Shown: positions 36,635-47,259, counted from the stretch's first letter. The stretch is 64,000 bases of DNA from a virus (IMGVR_UViG_3300027804_000001:32001-96000); one strand, 5' to 3'. Program-made: numbers and translations. The notes: generated by a model not told the origin, from the letters alone.

Positions 36635-37231
36635 ATGAAAAAACTGATTATACTATTGTTTATCCCACTTTTTTGGGGATGTGAGAAATATGAACTTACT
36701 ACTCCACCTGTAATAACAGGGGGTAAATGGGTCTTTTATGATTATGATATAGTCCCTATCAGTTCAATATCTTCATATCAAGTATTAAAAAATGATACTA
36801 TTTGTATTAACTCTTGGAATAATCAAACATTTGTTAGTGGAGATATATTAATGAAACAAAATTATAACACTACAACTAAAGATAGAAGATTTGTAATAGG
36901 TAAAACAACTTGGGAATTTGACGGTACCGTGGGGTCACCGTTTTATTATCTATCAACGGATTTTATAAATTTCAATGGGTCTCTACAACCTTCTCATGTC
37001 CCATTTGACGTGGAGGTTTATGATAGGACAGATAAACTTAGTGTTTATAATACTGAAACTGGTAGTAGAACCATGTACACCTATGAAATCGTTAATAATA
37101 AATCAAATGGTGTTACCCCATCAAGTAAAATGACATTACTAAGTCCTGAAGTTGTTACTGACATTTATATGTCAAATGGTACCAGAGATAAAGCCGTGAC
37201 CGTAAGAATACTTTTGAAATTTATGAGATAA
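36635..37231 (+). CDS. Lipoprotein
   Basis: Lipobox FWGC; TATTTTTG -7 element at 36606-36613. Confidence 0.75.
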   Translation: MKKLIILLFIPLFWGCEKYELTTPPVITGGKWVFYDYDIVPISSISSYQVLKNDTICINSWNNQTFVSGDILMKQNYNTTTKDRRFVIGKTTWEFDGTVGSPFYYLSTDFINFNGSLQPSHVPFDVEVYDRTDKLSVYNTETGSRTMYTYEIVNNKSNGVTPSSKMTLLSPEVVTDIYMSNGTRDKAVTVRILLKFMR

Positions 37232-37232
37232 T

Positions 37233-37601
37233 TTACTCGTCGTAAATTGTAGGGTCTTCTTTTGCGAACATTTTGATAAACTGACCAGCCTTTGCGTTCG
37301 CCTCGTCCTCAATTTCACCACCAATATCCGGTGGTTTTACTTCTAATCTACCTTGTTCGTATTGTTTGTGATGCACGAGTTCGTGTGCAATACTTCTCAT
37401 TACATCAACTAATGCACGATTTTTACTGCAAACCTTTATGACCTTATTTTCTTTAGTGTAGTCATAATTTGCAGTAGTCTTTAAACCCTCTCTATGGTTT
37501 TGAACTGAGATTGTTGGTACCGTTTTTAAGTCTAGTTCTTTTTTAACAAACTTAACAAAACGGTTTAACTTATCTTTTTTATCGTCATTTAGTGCACCCA
37601 T
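37233..37601 (-). CDS. HExxH zinc metallopeptidase-like protein
   Basis: Start refined to MGALND; SIAHELVHHKQ...EDEANA. Confidence 0.65.
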   Translation of the reverse strand: MGALNDDKKDKLNRFVKFVKKELDLKTVPTISVQNHREGLKTTANYDYTKENKVIKVCSKNRALVDVMRSIAHELVHHKQYEQGRLEVKPPDIGGEIEDEANAKAGQFIKMFAKEDPTIYDE

Positions 37602-37612
37602 ATTAATAAATA

Positions 37613-37852
37613 TCACAAAATTATTTCATCTGGTAAATCATTTTCTTGTGTGTATTGATTAATCAAGTCAATAATAAAAGATTCGTCAACATCAACCAAG
37701 TCATCTTCAGTTATTATTTCGGGTGAGTAATATTCTACCTCAGAATAATCTAAATCTAAAATCCTATAAAATTTGTCATAATCAGACTTAATAGAAAATT
37801 CAATGTAAAGTCTTCTCGTGTCGTCATTGTAATAATAATCGTGTATTCTCAT
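37613..37852 (-). CDS. Hypothetical acidic protein
   Basis: 79-aa ORF. Confidence 0.7.
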   Translation of the reverse strand: MRIHDYYYNDDTRRLYIEFSIKSDYDKFYRILDLDYSEVEYYSPEIITEDDLVDVDESFIIDLINQYTQENDLPDEIIL

Positions 37853-37944
37853 TTCTGAAACTAAACATTGATAAGTATATTACAAAATATCAAAAAACTT
37901 TAAACATATATATAATTTCGTTATTTTGATTAATAATTACAGAT

Positions 37945-38274
37945 ATGATGGATTGGTATTATGTAAAAACATATTGTCCTAAGTCTTTTGATCGATTTGT
38001 ATCTGGTATGTTTCCTAATGTTGGGATACCATGCATTTCGTCATTAAACCTTTTTGATAATAGAAAACTGTATAAATTTTTTGATTACAATGGGGTATAC
38101 TTGAATATCGAAATGTATAACCCAAATCAATGGGCATTTACCATTTCACTAAATAACGGATTTGTAATTGGTAATGGTCAAACCTCTAAACAAACAAGAG
38201 AAGAAATTGAGATGGATGGTTTTGTTGAGTGTTTTAAAATATTAGAGAAGAAACTTGAGGTTGTTTATGAGTAG
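37945..38274 (+). CDS. Hypothetical protein
   Basis: 109-aa ORF. Confidence 0.7.
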   Translation: MMDWYYVKTYCPKSFDRFVSGMFPNVGIPCISSLNLFDNRKLYKFFDYNGVYLNIEMYNPNQWAFTISLNNGFVIGNGQTSKQTREEIEMDGFVECFKILEKKLEVVYE

Positions 38275-38581
38275 TATTTATATTATGGACATGTCATTTA
38301 ACTTTTTAATACAAGCAACTAGAGTTTTACAAATAAACAACTATGATGATGACGAGGTTAAAATGATTTACAAATATGCAATTAACCTTGACAATGAAAT
38401 TTTAAATGAGTATTATAATAGTTACAATGTTATGGGGTTTGAGAATGATTTAATCTTATACATTGAAATAATTGAATCACTAATCTTTATTTACGAAGAT
38501 TTAGAAGAATATGAAAAATGTTATGTTCTAAAAAGAAAAAAAGATGAGTGTTTGGAAATAATAAATAAAAATAAAAAATAG
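38267..38581 (+). CDS. Hypothetical protein (UVR-like C-terminal helix pair)
   Basis: Start refined to MSSIYI; YEDLEEYEKC..LK. Confidence 0.65.
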   Translation: MSSIYIMDMSFNFLIQATRVLQINNYDDDEVKMIYKYAINLDNEILNEYYNSYNVMGFENDLILYIEIIESLIFIYEDLEEYEKCYVLKRKKDECLEIINKNKK

Positions 38582-38585
38582 TACT

Positions 38586-38735
38586 ATGTCAGTTTTCGGA
38601 ATGTCTGAAGAAGAAAAAAAGAAAATCCTTGAAAAACATAAAGAGGCAACAAAAAGTCATTATGTAAAAAAGGATGAAGTTAAAAAAGGTTTACAAAAAC
38701 CTGAAACAAAAGAAAATAAAAAAACCTCCAAATAG
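38586..38735 (+). CDS. 49-aa Lys/Glu-rich peptide (not in ORF track)
   Basis: MSVFGMSEEEKKKILEKHKEATKSHYVKKDEVKKGLQKPETKENKKTSK. Confidence 0.6.
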   Translation: MSVFGMSEEEKKKILEKHKEATKSHYVKKDEVKKGLQKPETKENKKTSK

Positions 38736-38741
38736 GAGGTT

Positions 38742-38927
38742 TTATTTTTTATTTAAATGTCTCGTAAGTAATATATAAGACAACCAGAAACATCCTGAAA
38801 TAGAATAAAAAACGATATCTGCAACCCAATACGAACCACTCAAATCCATTATTAATTTGAATAGGGCGTCGTATCCAAAGGGGAGAAAGAACATTGCTAA
38901 CATTAGAGACGTATCTCTGTAGAACAT
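38742..38927 (-). CDS. Small two-TM protein
   Basis: Probable start MFYRDTSL; two hydrophobic helices. Confidence 0.55.
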   Translation of the reverse strand: MFYRDTSLMLAMFFLPFGYDALFKLIMDLSGSYWVADIVFYSISGCFWLSYILLTRHLNKK

Positions 38928-39016
38928 TAATCTGTGTTCTTTTTGTTTTAATTTTTTGATTTTGCTTATCACCATCAGGGTCCATGTATATCTTGTTTAA
39001 ATAATTATGGTGTATT

Positions 39017-40123
39017 TTATAAATATATCGAATCTAACTGTTTCCAATCAGTTTCTTCAAACCATTCATACGTGTGCTCAATATCAATCGACGCATCGTT
39101 AGTTTTGAATATGAAAAACCCGTTTTTACTTGATTGAAATTTCCTTTCTACGGTTCCTTCCGATGTCGTTATCTTAAAAATATGGTCTAAAAAATTTTGA
39201 TTTGTTTCCTCTAAACCCCAATAGTATTTAACACTATAAAAATTTTCATGTTTATAGACATCAACTATTAATGGTACTTTATTTTCTTTATAATCAACAA
39301 AAAATTTGTTTTTATAAATTATTGAACCGTTATCAAACTTTAAGTAGTCAATATATTCTTGATACGTTTCTCTAACCGCATGATAACTCACAAAATGTAA
39401 ACATTCTACAAGTTCAATATCCACACTTTGGAAATAAGGTATTCTATATTTGTCAACCGATAAATTAACATAATTACCATTTTTATAAAACATGTGAGCA
39501 AATGCAGACTGCTCAATCCAAGAAGGGAAATAATTAATATTGTTTTTCACTAAATTAGATAAAGCAAATTCCAAGTCATCTAAACTATAATATTTTTCAG
39601 AAGGTATATAAATTAAACCAGTATTCACATTTTTATAAACAGGAACTTCATTTTTTGGTTCATTAAATGAATATGAACTTTGAACATCAGGAAAATAAAA
39701 CGGAGTATTAGATTCAATAAAATCTATAACATCTTGTGGTTTCCTCATAAAAAGTAAATCCGTATCTAATCCCAATACTCTTTTTGTTTTTGAAAAAAAG
39801 AAATAATCAAAAGTTTTAATCTTATGCCATAAGTTTATTTTACTATTTCCAAGTCGATAACTCATACAATTAGGGTAATCCTTTATGTATTGTTCAATTT
39901 CTTTATCCGCCCACTTTCTGTCAATAAAAATTACATTATCAATATCATATAACAATGTTTTATCCATTTCAGTTAACGAACCATCATCATGTAAATAAAT
40001 GGGTGTATTTTTAAACTCGTCATATTTTTGAAGAGATTTAAAATTATTTAAAGCTAATACAACATCTCTATTACAAATTAAAGAGTGTATTTCTAATCCA
40101 TCAAATATTTGTATCTTATCCAT
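39017..40123 (-). CDS. GT-A fold glycosyltransferase-like protein
   Basis: VLGLDTDLLF DxD motif, NTGLIY, WIEQSAFA, LHFVS (GT8-like). Confidence 0.65.
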   Translation of the reverse strand: MDKIQIFDGLEIHSLICNRDVVLALNNFKSLQKYDEFKNTPIYLHDDGSLTEMDKTLLYDIDNVIFIDRKWADKEIEQYIKDYPNCMSYRLGNSKINLWHKIKTFDYFFFSKTKRVLGLDTDLLFMRKPQDVIDFIESNTPFYFPDVQSSYSFNEPKNEVPVYKNVNTGLIYIPSEKYYSLDDLEFALSNLVKNNINYFPSWIEQSAFAHMFYKNGNYVNLSVDKYRIPYFQSVDIELVECLHFVSYHAVRETYQEYIDYLKFDNGSIIYKNKFFVDYKENKVPLIVDVYKHENFYSVKYYWGLEETNQNFLDHIFKITTSEGTVERKFQSSKNGFFIFKTNDASIDIEHTYEWFEETDWKQLDSIYL

Positions 40124-40132
40124 AAAAAACTT

Positions 40133-40903
40133 TTATCCCGCAATGTTCCACGGTTTTACATTATTAACTTTTTCTACATAATTTGAAATAAAATGTTTGG
40201 TAATAAAACCAACCAAATTACTTACAGAATGAACTTTAATTCCTGAGTTATAAGCAGCAATTGACATAACTGAACCTTCACCCGCACCAATAGTGTCAAG
40301 GTAATTCATTTTAATATCCATACCCTCACAAAAATCAACTAAACTCTCCCAAATTTCAAAAAATCTTTGTTCTTTACCACCATCTTTTTTAACTATCCAT
40401 CTACCCTCTAAAAAATGTTCTAAATAACCCTCAACCGTCTTGTCAAATATTCTTTTATATGTGTAACCGTGTTTATTTAATAATTCTAAACCTTCTTTAC
40501 CATATTTTGTATTTCTACGTCCTTTTATTTCACAAATAGATAAATCATCATTTAAAAATGTTAATTCAACGGTTCCAAAATTAGAGAATATGTGTAATCC
40601 CGGCTCAATGTCTTGGAATTTGTCTAAATTATCTATGTCTTTTATGTGAACATCCGCATCTAAAAATATTGCGGTATCATAATGTTTAAGACATTCTTGT
40701 ACAATTACTCTTTTTTCGTGAAACGAGAAATATTCTTTTTTATATTCGATAGGTGTTAATAATTCTGATGGTGTATAATGATTCATATCATTTGTTAAAA
40801 CAAATACATGATACCCCATACCGTTTAATTGACCAATAAGTGAGTCTCCGAAGTTTACATATTTTTCACCATATGTAAGGGTACAAAAAGCAAAATTTTT
40901 CAT
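40133..40903 (-). CDS. Glycosyltransferase-like protein
   Basis: IFLDADVH DxD; similar in type to the C-terminal half of 40900..42633. Confidence 0.6.
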   Translation of the reverse strand: MKNFAFCTLTYGEKYVNFGDSLIGQLNGMGYHVFVLTNDMNHYTPSELLTPIEYKKEYFSFHEKRVIVQECLKHYDTAIFLDADVHIKDIDNLDKFQDIEPGLHIFSNFGTVELTFLNDDLSICEIKGRRNTKYGKEGLELLNKHGYTYKRIFDKTVEGYLEHFLEGRWIVKKDGGKEQRFFEIWESLVDFCEGMDIKMNYLDTIGAGEGSVMSIAAYNSGIKVHSVSNLVGFITKHFISNYVEKVNNVKPWNIAG

Positions 40904-42633
40904 ATAGTATCAATTAATTTCCAGTTTCTTTCACCATACCAATCATAAGTATGATAAATCTGAGTATTTCTCTTTTTTTCAAATATCAATTCACCGTTTT
41001 TTTCACTGTTAAAATGATAAACAACGTCATTTATTTTAAATTCGTGATCTAAAAATTCAACATTATTATTTTGGTTCCAATCGTAGGTTAAGATTATCAA
41101 ATTATCATTCATTTCATGAATTGTGTATGATAAATCAACCTCTTTCTCTTTAAATTCGATGTTTAATGAATTTGATTTTAATAAAACACCATCACCAATC
41201 TTAACTGTCTTTCTTCCAGGATAATTTTTTAAATAATCATTTATTTGGCCACCACTGCAAAAATTATACTTCAAATTATCACCAATATAATTTGAAACAT
41301 CATTATTATTTACTTTAATACCACTCTTTGCAACGGACAATCCAACTAAATTACCCTCACCCAATCCTATTCTTTGAGAATTATTTTTTATTTCAAATTC
41401 ATCTAAAACAGATGATAGTTTTTTCCAAGTATCCAATAATATCTCTTCTTTACCCTCATCTTTACAAATTATAATAATACCTTCTTGGTAATGATATGCA
41501 TCCTCAATTGGTATGTTTAATTCTTTTGATGTTTGAAGTGCCAATTCACCATATCCTTTTACTCTTACGGATATATCTGTACTCTCAAAAAAACCACTAT
41601 CCCTTCTTGTTAATTTACCCCAATCCCATGATGGATGAAATCCAGGTTCAACTATTCTTAAAAAATTCGAATAACAGTTTTTATAGTCTTTATAAAAAAT
41701 TCTACTATCTGAATCAATATAAACAACACAATCTTCTATTTTAAAACCTTCTTCAAAACAAATTATTTTGTCATTATAAGTAAACCTCTTATTTGGATAT
41801 TCACTTATGATAACATTAGGTAATTGTTCATATAATTCTTTTTTATCTGTTACAACTAAAATTTTTTGTTTGAAATAATTTAAATCACAACATAATTTAA
41901 GTGCATTTTTATTCGCGTTTTCACCTACCGCAATTGTTGAAATTATATAGTTCTGTTTTTTGTATTCTTTTTTACAACTATTGTTTCCTTGAATATCGGT
42001 TACAAATGAATTTTTAACTTGTACAATTTTTTGATTTGAAACAAAAACATTTAAACTTTTACACTTTGTATAAATGGCGGTATCGATTTGATTATCGATG
42101 TCTTTTAAAGTCTCTAATAGTCTTGTTGCACCTTTTGGTGAAATAATTAATGAAGGTAAACATGTAATCATTCCTTTTGGAATAGATAAATTTTCTGAAT
42201 ATGATTCCTTTTCTATTTTAGTATCACCATAACCTAAATAACAAAAATCGAAATCACTTGGTAATTCTTCTAATATCTTTTCTAAATGAGAATCAAAATT
42301 ATCATCAATTATTACATCGTCTTCAAATGTGATTGCGGGTGAATCTAATGTTTCTATTAATTCGAATAGTTTGATATAACTTAACAGAACACCTAATCCT
42401 CCTTGAGTTAATGAAAGACCCCATGCTGTTATTGTCTCCATTAAAATATCATCGATAGCATTATTAGACAATAAACCTTTCTGAACACTTCTCGGATGAA
42501 TTTTGTAACCATTTATGGCATCAAATCTTTTATAGATATTTTTTAAATGGTTACTTTTTTTTAATTCATCTTCTATAAATTTTTTTCTATCCTCTCTTCT
42601 TTCTAAATTAATATAAAAACAATGTTTAATCAT
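40900..42633 (-). CDS. GT25-family glycosyltransferase fused to a second DxD domain
   Basis: YINLERREDRK, RFDAING, ITFEDDV, FCYLG (GT25); later VYIDSDSR. Confidence 0.75.
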   Translation of the reverse strand: MIKHCFYINLERREDRKKFIEDELKKSNHLKNIYKRFDAINGYKIHPRSVQKGLLSNNAIDDILMETITAWGLSLTQGGLGVLLSYIKLFELIETLDSPAITFEDDVIIDDNFDSHLEKILEELPSDFDFCYLGYGDTKIEKESYSENLSIPKGMITCLPSLIISPKGATRLLETLKDIDNQIDTAIYTKCKSLNVFVSNQKIVQVKNSFVTDIQGNNSCKKEYKKQNYIISTIAVGENANKNALKLCCDLNYFKQKILVVTDKKELYEQLPNVIISEYPNKRFTYNDKIICFEEGFKIEDCVVYIDSDSRIFYKDYKNCYSNFLRIVEPGFHPSWDWGKLTRRDSGFFESTDISVRVKGYGELALQTSKELNIPIEDAYHYQEGIIIICKDEGKEEILLDTWKKLSSVLDEFEIKNNSQRIGLGEGNLVGLSVAKSGIKVNNNDVSNYIGDNLKYNFCSGGQINDYLKNYPGRKTVKIGDGVLLKSNSLNIEFKEKEVDLSYTIHEMNDNLIILTYDWNQNNNVEFLDHEFKINDVVYHFNSEKNGELIFEKKRNTQIYHTYDWYGERNWKLIDTI

Positions 42634-42634
42634 T

Positions 42635-43885
42635 TTATAAATTTCCTGTTAATCTTTCACACCATCCTTTTGATGTACTAAATGGCCATACCACCCAATA
42701 CTTTGGTTTATTTTCCACTTGGAATTCTCTCCATAATTTTCCGTAACCATCCGGGTCGTTCATTATTCTGTTAATTTCATGAATATCCGCATCTTTTCTA
42801 TGAATTGTTTCGTCTTTTTCATCATGAAAGGCAACAACCCAAAACTCATAATCCTTCTCAGGTACTTTTGAATAATGAATATCAATACAATGTTTGAAAA
42901 TTTTTAAGAAGGATGATTCAAACTCTTCACCATACAATGGTGGGTTAGGTGCTAAGTTATTATCTTGTGTATATTTTTGAATTGCTCTTTTCTTAAAAGA
43001 AAGACCTGAATAACGTTCGTAATCCTCTAATGTTCTAACTTTTCCAAAATCATATACACCGAAATCAATATCTTTAACTTCACCATCCATTTCAAATAAT
43101 TTTCTATTTCTTAAATGACATCTATTGTTTCGATTTACCCATACAGGGTCATCATCCCATTGTTTCTTTCTACCTTTTCTTGTATACTCGTGCCAAACAA
43201 CTATTTTATGAGGATGAAATAAATCATAACCCCAAGTATAGGCCCTTACTGCAATTGAAATTTCTTCTCCGTGAAAATAATATTCAGGGTCGTGCGGAAC
43301 CTCCAAACAAAATTGACCTAAGGTAAAACAAAAATGTGCGGAATAAAATCTTGCCGGTAATGGTTCCGTTCTTTCTTTAAAATCGTCAATTGCTGCAGGT
43401 AAAAAAAACACCGCACCTTCAGGAATAAATCTATCAAAATTCATTTTCCAAGGAACCATATTTCTACCTGCCGGGTCTTTATCGGGATCAAAAGATGAAA
43501 CGTAACCAGTTAACAAAGGTTTTTCGTGTCCCTTGTCTTGTAATTGTTTAATCATGTTAATCAATTCTTCGTCCCAATTTTTAATAAATCGATGATGTGA
43601 ATCTAATTGTAAGGTAAATTCTTCCCCATCATAATTTTGTTGTAATAAATTTCTTGCCCAACAAGCACCCTTAGAATCCTTATAATTGATATCCACGATT
43701 TTAAATCTTGGGTCATCTTTAAAATTGTTTAAATTATCCCATGTATCTTCGTCTGAGTGTTGCCAAGCAATTGAAAAAACTAAGTTTTCAGGATATTTTG
43801 CATTTAATAAACAATCTTTTATTGTTGGAATTAATTGTGGGTCTCTATATGAGGCAATTTGGATAAAGATTTTATTTTCTTTCAT
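42635..43885 (-). CDS. GlcNAc-transferase (Skp1 Gnt1 / GT60-like)
   Basis: Start refined to MKENKIF; IFIQIASYRDP, GACWAR, LQLDSHHRF, YFHGEEI, GYDLFHP. Confidence 0.8.
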   Translation of the reverse strand: MKENKIFIQIASYRDPQLIPTIKDCLLNAKYPENLVFSIAWQHSDEDTWDNLNNFKDDPRFKIVDINYKDSKGACWARNLLQQNYDGEEFTLQLDSHHRFIKNWDEELINMIKQLQDKGHEKPLLTGYVSSFDPDKDPAGRNMVPWKMNFDRFIPEGAVFFLPAAIDDFKERTEPLPARFYSAHFCFTLGQFCLEVPHDPEYYFHGEEISIAVRAYTWGYDLFHPHKIVVWHEYTRKGRKKQWDDDPVWVNRNNRCHLRNRKLFEMDGEVKDIDFGVYDFGKVRTLEDYERYSGLSFKKRAIQKYTQDNNLAPNPPLYGEEFESSFLKIFKHCIDIHYSKVPEKDYEFWVVAFHDEKDETIHRKDADIHEINRIMNDPDGYGKLWREFQVENKPKYWVVWPFSTSKGWCERLTGNL

Positions 43886-44001
43886 GTTTAATTTAATTAT
43901 TGAATAATATAACATTAAATAAAAAGACTTTAAACCATTATAAGATGATTTTTTTTTATGGTTTTTTTTTCGTATAATATTAAAAAAGATGTTTTAATAT
44001 T

Positions 44002-44364
44002 ATGGCCAAAGTCTACCAACCGATTGTAATTGAAGAAACCGAGAATATTTTACTGGGTTTAATTGAATCAAAGTTTTTTGAGGATTATGATATAACAAAT
44101 TTAACTTTTGCAAGAGAATATATTTTAGAATTAATGAATGAAAAATATATTTCAGGACTTTTGGATGGAGATGATGAAAATGATGAAATCTTCACTGAAG
44201 AAGAGTTTACAAAAGTACTACAAGAACTAGTTGCGGGTAGTGTTTTATATGAATTAAAAGAAAGTGGGTATGTTAATTCATATAAAGATGATGATACCGA
44301 AGAAATGTTCTTTTTAACTAAAAAAGGTAAGAAATATTTGAAAAACGATAAGAGTGAAGAATAA
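44002..44364 (+). CDS. Hypothetical protein (C-terminal winged-helix-like)
   Basis: ELKESGYVNS...FFLTKKGKKYL. Confidence 0.65.
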   Translation: MAKVYQPIVIEETENILLGLIESKFFEDYDITNLTFAREYILELMNEKYISGLLDGDDENDEIFTEEEFTKVLQELVAGSVLYELKESGYVNSYKDDDTEEMFFLTKKGKKYLKNDKSEE

Positions 44365-45123
44365 TTAATCCAAATTAAACGTGTCGTTAAATTTTTTATC
44401 TGAATTTTTATAAGATTTTTGTGTTTCATCATTAGCATTCATAGTATATTGCCAATTCCAACACAATTCATCTCTTACATCAAATCCAAAGAACGATAAA
44501 ACTTGTTTTTGTGTCTTAATTACTTCCCTACCATTCCAATTTTGACCAATTGCAATTAAACCACAAGAAACTTTTTCTAAAATATTAGATTCACCGAGAG
44601 TTGTGTGTCTATTTTCTAACCATGTTAATCTTTCTATAAGATTTTGGTATTGTGCGTTCATTTGACCCCATCTTATGGATCCAAAAAACACAACCGCATC
44701 AGATTCAAACAGTTCTTTAGAAATTTTCCACAGTTCATCATCAGGATTGTTAATACTTCTCCAACATCTGTGGTTACCAGTCGGGTTTTTTTCTTTATCC
44801 TTCAATGAAGCCTTTTTCACACCACATGAATTACCATCAACATGTGAAACATTACCCTCACAATGATGAATTTGTAGTTTTATCGTCTCAAAAAGGGTAC
44901 ATTTCGATTTACCCAAGTACGATTGAATGGCCTTAGCTAATTTTGTTGATTTTGGTTCCTCTTTTAACTCTTTCATTGCCCATTCACCCCTGTTTGAGGT
45001 TGTTATGAACAACACTTTTTCTTTACCTTCAAGAAACTTAACAGTTTTAACAAGATTCTTATAACTTGGGTCATCTTTTTTAAGATTTGGGTCAATTTCC
45101 TCTAAAAGTTGGGTTAGTTCCAT
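44365..45123 (-). CDS. Flavodoxin-fold NAD(P)H:FMN reductase / iron-sulfur flavoprotein-like
   Basis: FITTSNR, HCEG..CG..RC..DD, SDAVVFFGSIRWG. Confidence 0.7.
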   Translation of the reverse strand: MELTQLLEEIDPNLKKDDPSYKNLVKTVKFLEGKEKVLFITTSNRGEWAMKELKEEPKSTKLAKAIQSYLGKSKCTLFETIKLQIHHCEGNVSHVDGNSCGVKKASLKDKEKNPTGNHRCWRSINNPDDELWKISKELFESDAVVFFGSIRWGQMNAQYQNLIERLTWLENRHTTLGESNILEKVSCGLIAIGQNWNGREVIKTQKQVLSFFGFDVRDELCWNWQYTMNANDETQKSYKNSDKKFNDTFNLD

Positions 45124-45452
45124 TATTTTTTCTTTTCTTCAACTTGTTGAGTATAAATGTTTCTCTTATACTGTCTTATTTTATCTTTGAGTTGGGATAA
45201 CAATTTCTGTGCACCCGCTAAATTACTTGAAATTCCCGTAATTCTACCATTTGACACCCCTTTTAATCCACCGGGTATAGAATCTTCTAATTTCCTGAAT
45301 TCTCTAATTGTGTCATTAAGAGAATTTTGTAATTCCTCTATTTTAAATTGAACACGATTAAATTCTTCTCTCTTAACCTTATTGGTTTCTTCGGTTAGAA
45401 TTTTGGTTATCACCTCTTTTACTATGTTTTCAGAAATTATTTTGTTTTCCAT
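45123..45452 (-). CDS. Hypothetical coiled-coil protein
   Basis: 109 aa; TATTTATA upstream. Confidence 0.7.
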   Translation of the reverse strand: MENKIISENIVKEVITKILTEETNKVKREEFNRVQFKIEELQNSLNDTIREFRKLEDSIPGGLKGVSNGRITGISSNLAGAQKLLSQLKDKIRQYKRNIYTQQVEEKKK

Positions 45453-45532
45453 ACTAATATAAATACTTTTTTCTTTATTAATTTTTTAATTTATAGATTT
45501 TTTCTTATATTTTATAGTGAAACTTAGAAACC

Positions 45533-46582
45533 ATGAGTGATATTTTTGAAACGTTGTTCGATTTTGATGATATTCTGATTGAACCTAGTATTTTATCTAA
45601 AATCAGTTCAAGAAGTGAGGTTAACCCAAGAAACGTTTGGGGTAACTTACCATTAATGACCGCACCAATGGATACGGTTGTTAGTGAGAATAATTTTCAC
45701 CTCTTTAAAAAAGAGGGTATACTACCCGTATTACCCAGAATACAGAATCCATCCAATGATTGGGTGGATGTTAATATATTTCTATCATATAGTTTACAAG
45801 ATTTCGAAAAAATCTTTTTAAAAGATAAAGTCCGTGTTAACGACGGTGATAGGATAATGGCATTGATTGATGTTGCAAACGGACATATGGAAATTCTACA
45901 TGATTTAGCAAAACAAGCTAAAAAAATGTATGGTTATTCGATGTGTTTAATGGTTGGTAATGTGGCAAACCCCAAAACATTTCAAGAATATTGTAAAATT
46001 GGTGTTGATTTGGTAAGAATAGGTATTGGTAATGGTAATGGTTGTTTAACCACAGTCCAAACGGGTGTTGGATACCCTATGGCGTCATTAATTGAAGAAT
46101 GTAATGAAATAAGAACCATTAACAATTATAGAACTGAAATTGTTGCTGATGGTGGGTTTAAGAAATTTTCCGATATTATTAAAGGTCTCGCACTTGGTGC
46201 AGATTATATTATGATAGGTTCAATATTAAACAAGTGTTTGGAAAGTGCGGGTGAGACAACAAAAGAAGATGGTACGATAATCAATCAATTCTCACCTGAA
46301 ACAAAAGACATGTTCCACGTGGAAATCCCCCTTTATAAAACATTTAGAGGTATGAGTACTAAAGAAGTTCAAAAAGCGTGGGGTAAAGGAGATTTAACGA
46401 CCTCTGAGGGGGTTATCAGAAGAAATAAGGTAGAATATACCTTATCGGGTTGGGTTAAGAATTTTGAGGATTATTTACGTTCTGCAATGAGTTATACAGG
46501 AAAAAAAGAACTCCACCGTTTTATTGGTGGAGTAGATTTTAATTTAATAACTCAAAATTCTTTTAGAAGGTTTGATAAGTAA
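45533..46582 (+). CDS. IMP dehydrogenase / GMP reductase family protein
   Basis: TAPMDTV, IDVANGH, GIGNGNGCLTT, ADGG, FRGMST, GLRSAMSY-type C-terminus. Confidence 0.85.
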   Translation: MSDIFETLFDFDDILIEPSILSKISSRSEVNPRNVWGNLPLMTAPMDTVVSENNFHLFKKEGILPVLPRIQNPSNDWVDVNIFLSYSLQDFEKIFLKDKVRVNDGDRIMALIDVANGHMEILHDLAKQAKKMYGYSMCLMVGNVANPKTFQEYCKIGVDLVRIGIGNGNGCLTTVQTGVGYPMASLIEECNEIRTINNYRTEIVADGGFKKFSDIIKGLALGADYIMIGSILNKCLESAGETTKEDGTIINQFSPETKDMFHVEIPLYKTFRGMSTKEVQKAWGKGDLTTSEGVIRRNKVEYTLSGWVKNFEDYLRSAMSYTGKKELHRFIGGVDFNLITQNSFRRFDK

Positions 46583-46810
46583 TTAATCTAATCCAAATTC
46601 CTGTTCTTCGGATCCTGTTAATTCACCATCTCTTTTCATACCGTCTTTAATATATGTTCTAATCAATTTAGATACGTCTACCTTTTTGTGTTGTGCAACC
46701 TTCTCAATCTCCTTATAATAAGCAGGAACAACTCTAAATGTTAACATTTTAATAAGTTGTTTGTGTTTAGGTTTATCTGATTCGAATTTTTCGTCTATAT
46801 TGATGTCCAT
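46583..46810 (-). CDS. Ribbon-helix-helix-like DNA-binding protein
   Basis: MLTFRV...EIEKVA...DVSKLIRTYIKDG. Confidence 0.6.
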   Translation of the reverse strand: MDINIDEKFESDKPKHKQLIKMLTFRVVPAYYKEIEKVAQHKKVDVSKLIRTYIKDGMKRDGELTGSEEQEFGLD

Positions 46811-46883
46811 CTTTTAAATTTTATATATAAATATTTGGTAAACCCAAATAAATTAGGTATATTATAATATAAATACAAGAATT

Positions 46884-47237
46884 ATGTCAGAAGAAAAACA
46901 AAAGTCAGCAATCAAGCAATGTGAGGAAATGTATCCCGAAACCACGGCGGAGTTTAAAAAGATTCTTAATGAAATGTATGACACGTTTTGTAAAAAACAA
47001 TTAAACTATGGTCCGGATAACATATCTGTAGGAACTAAATTATCAACACCAGAAGAGGTGAAACTATCCCAAACGGGGTTGTGGTTCAGAATGAATGATA
47101 AAATACAAAGATTAAAACAATTGGTGTTATTGAGTCGACAAGATACTGTCGGTGAAAGTGTTGAAGACACTTACCAAGACTTGTCGGTATATAACGTCAT
47201 AGCCATGATTGTTATAAGAGGTAAATGGGCTAAGTAA
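46884..47237 (+). CDS. DUF1599 / nucleotide-modification-associated domain protein
   Basis: KKQLNYGPDNI, FRMNDKIQRL, EDTYQDLSVY. Confidence 0.75.
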   Translation: MSEEKQKSAIKQCEEMYPETTAEFKKILNEMYDTFCKKQLNYGPDNISVGTKLSTPEEVKLSQTGLWFRMNDKIQRLKQLVLLSRQDTVGESVEDTYQDLSVYNVIAMIVIRGKWAK

Positions 47238-47259
47238 TATATAAGTATATATGTTTTAA

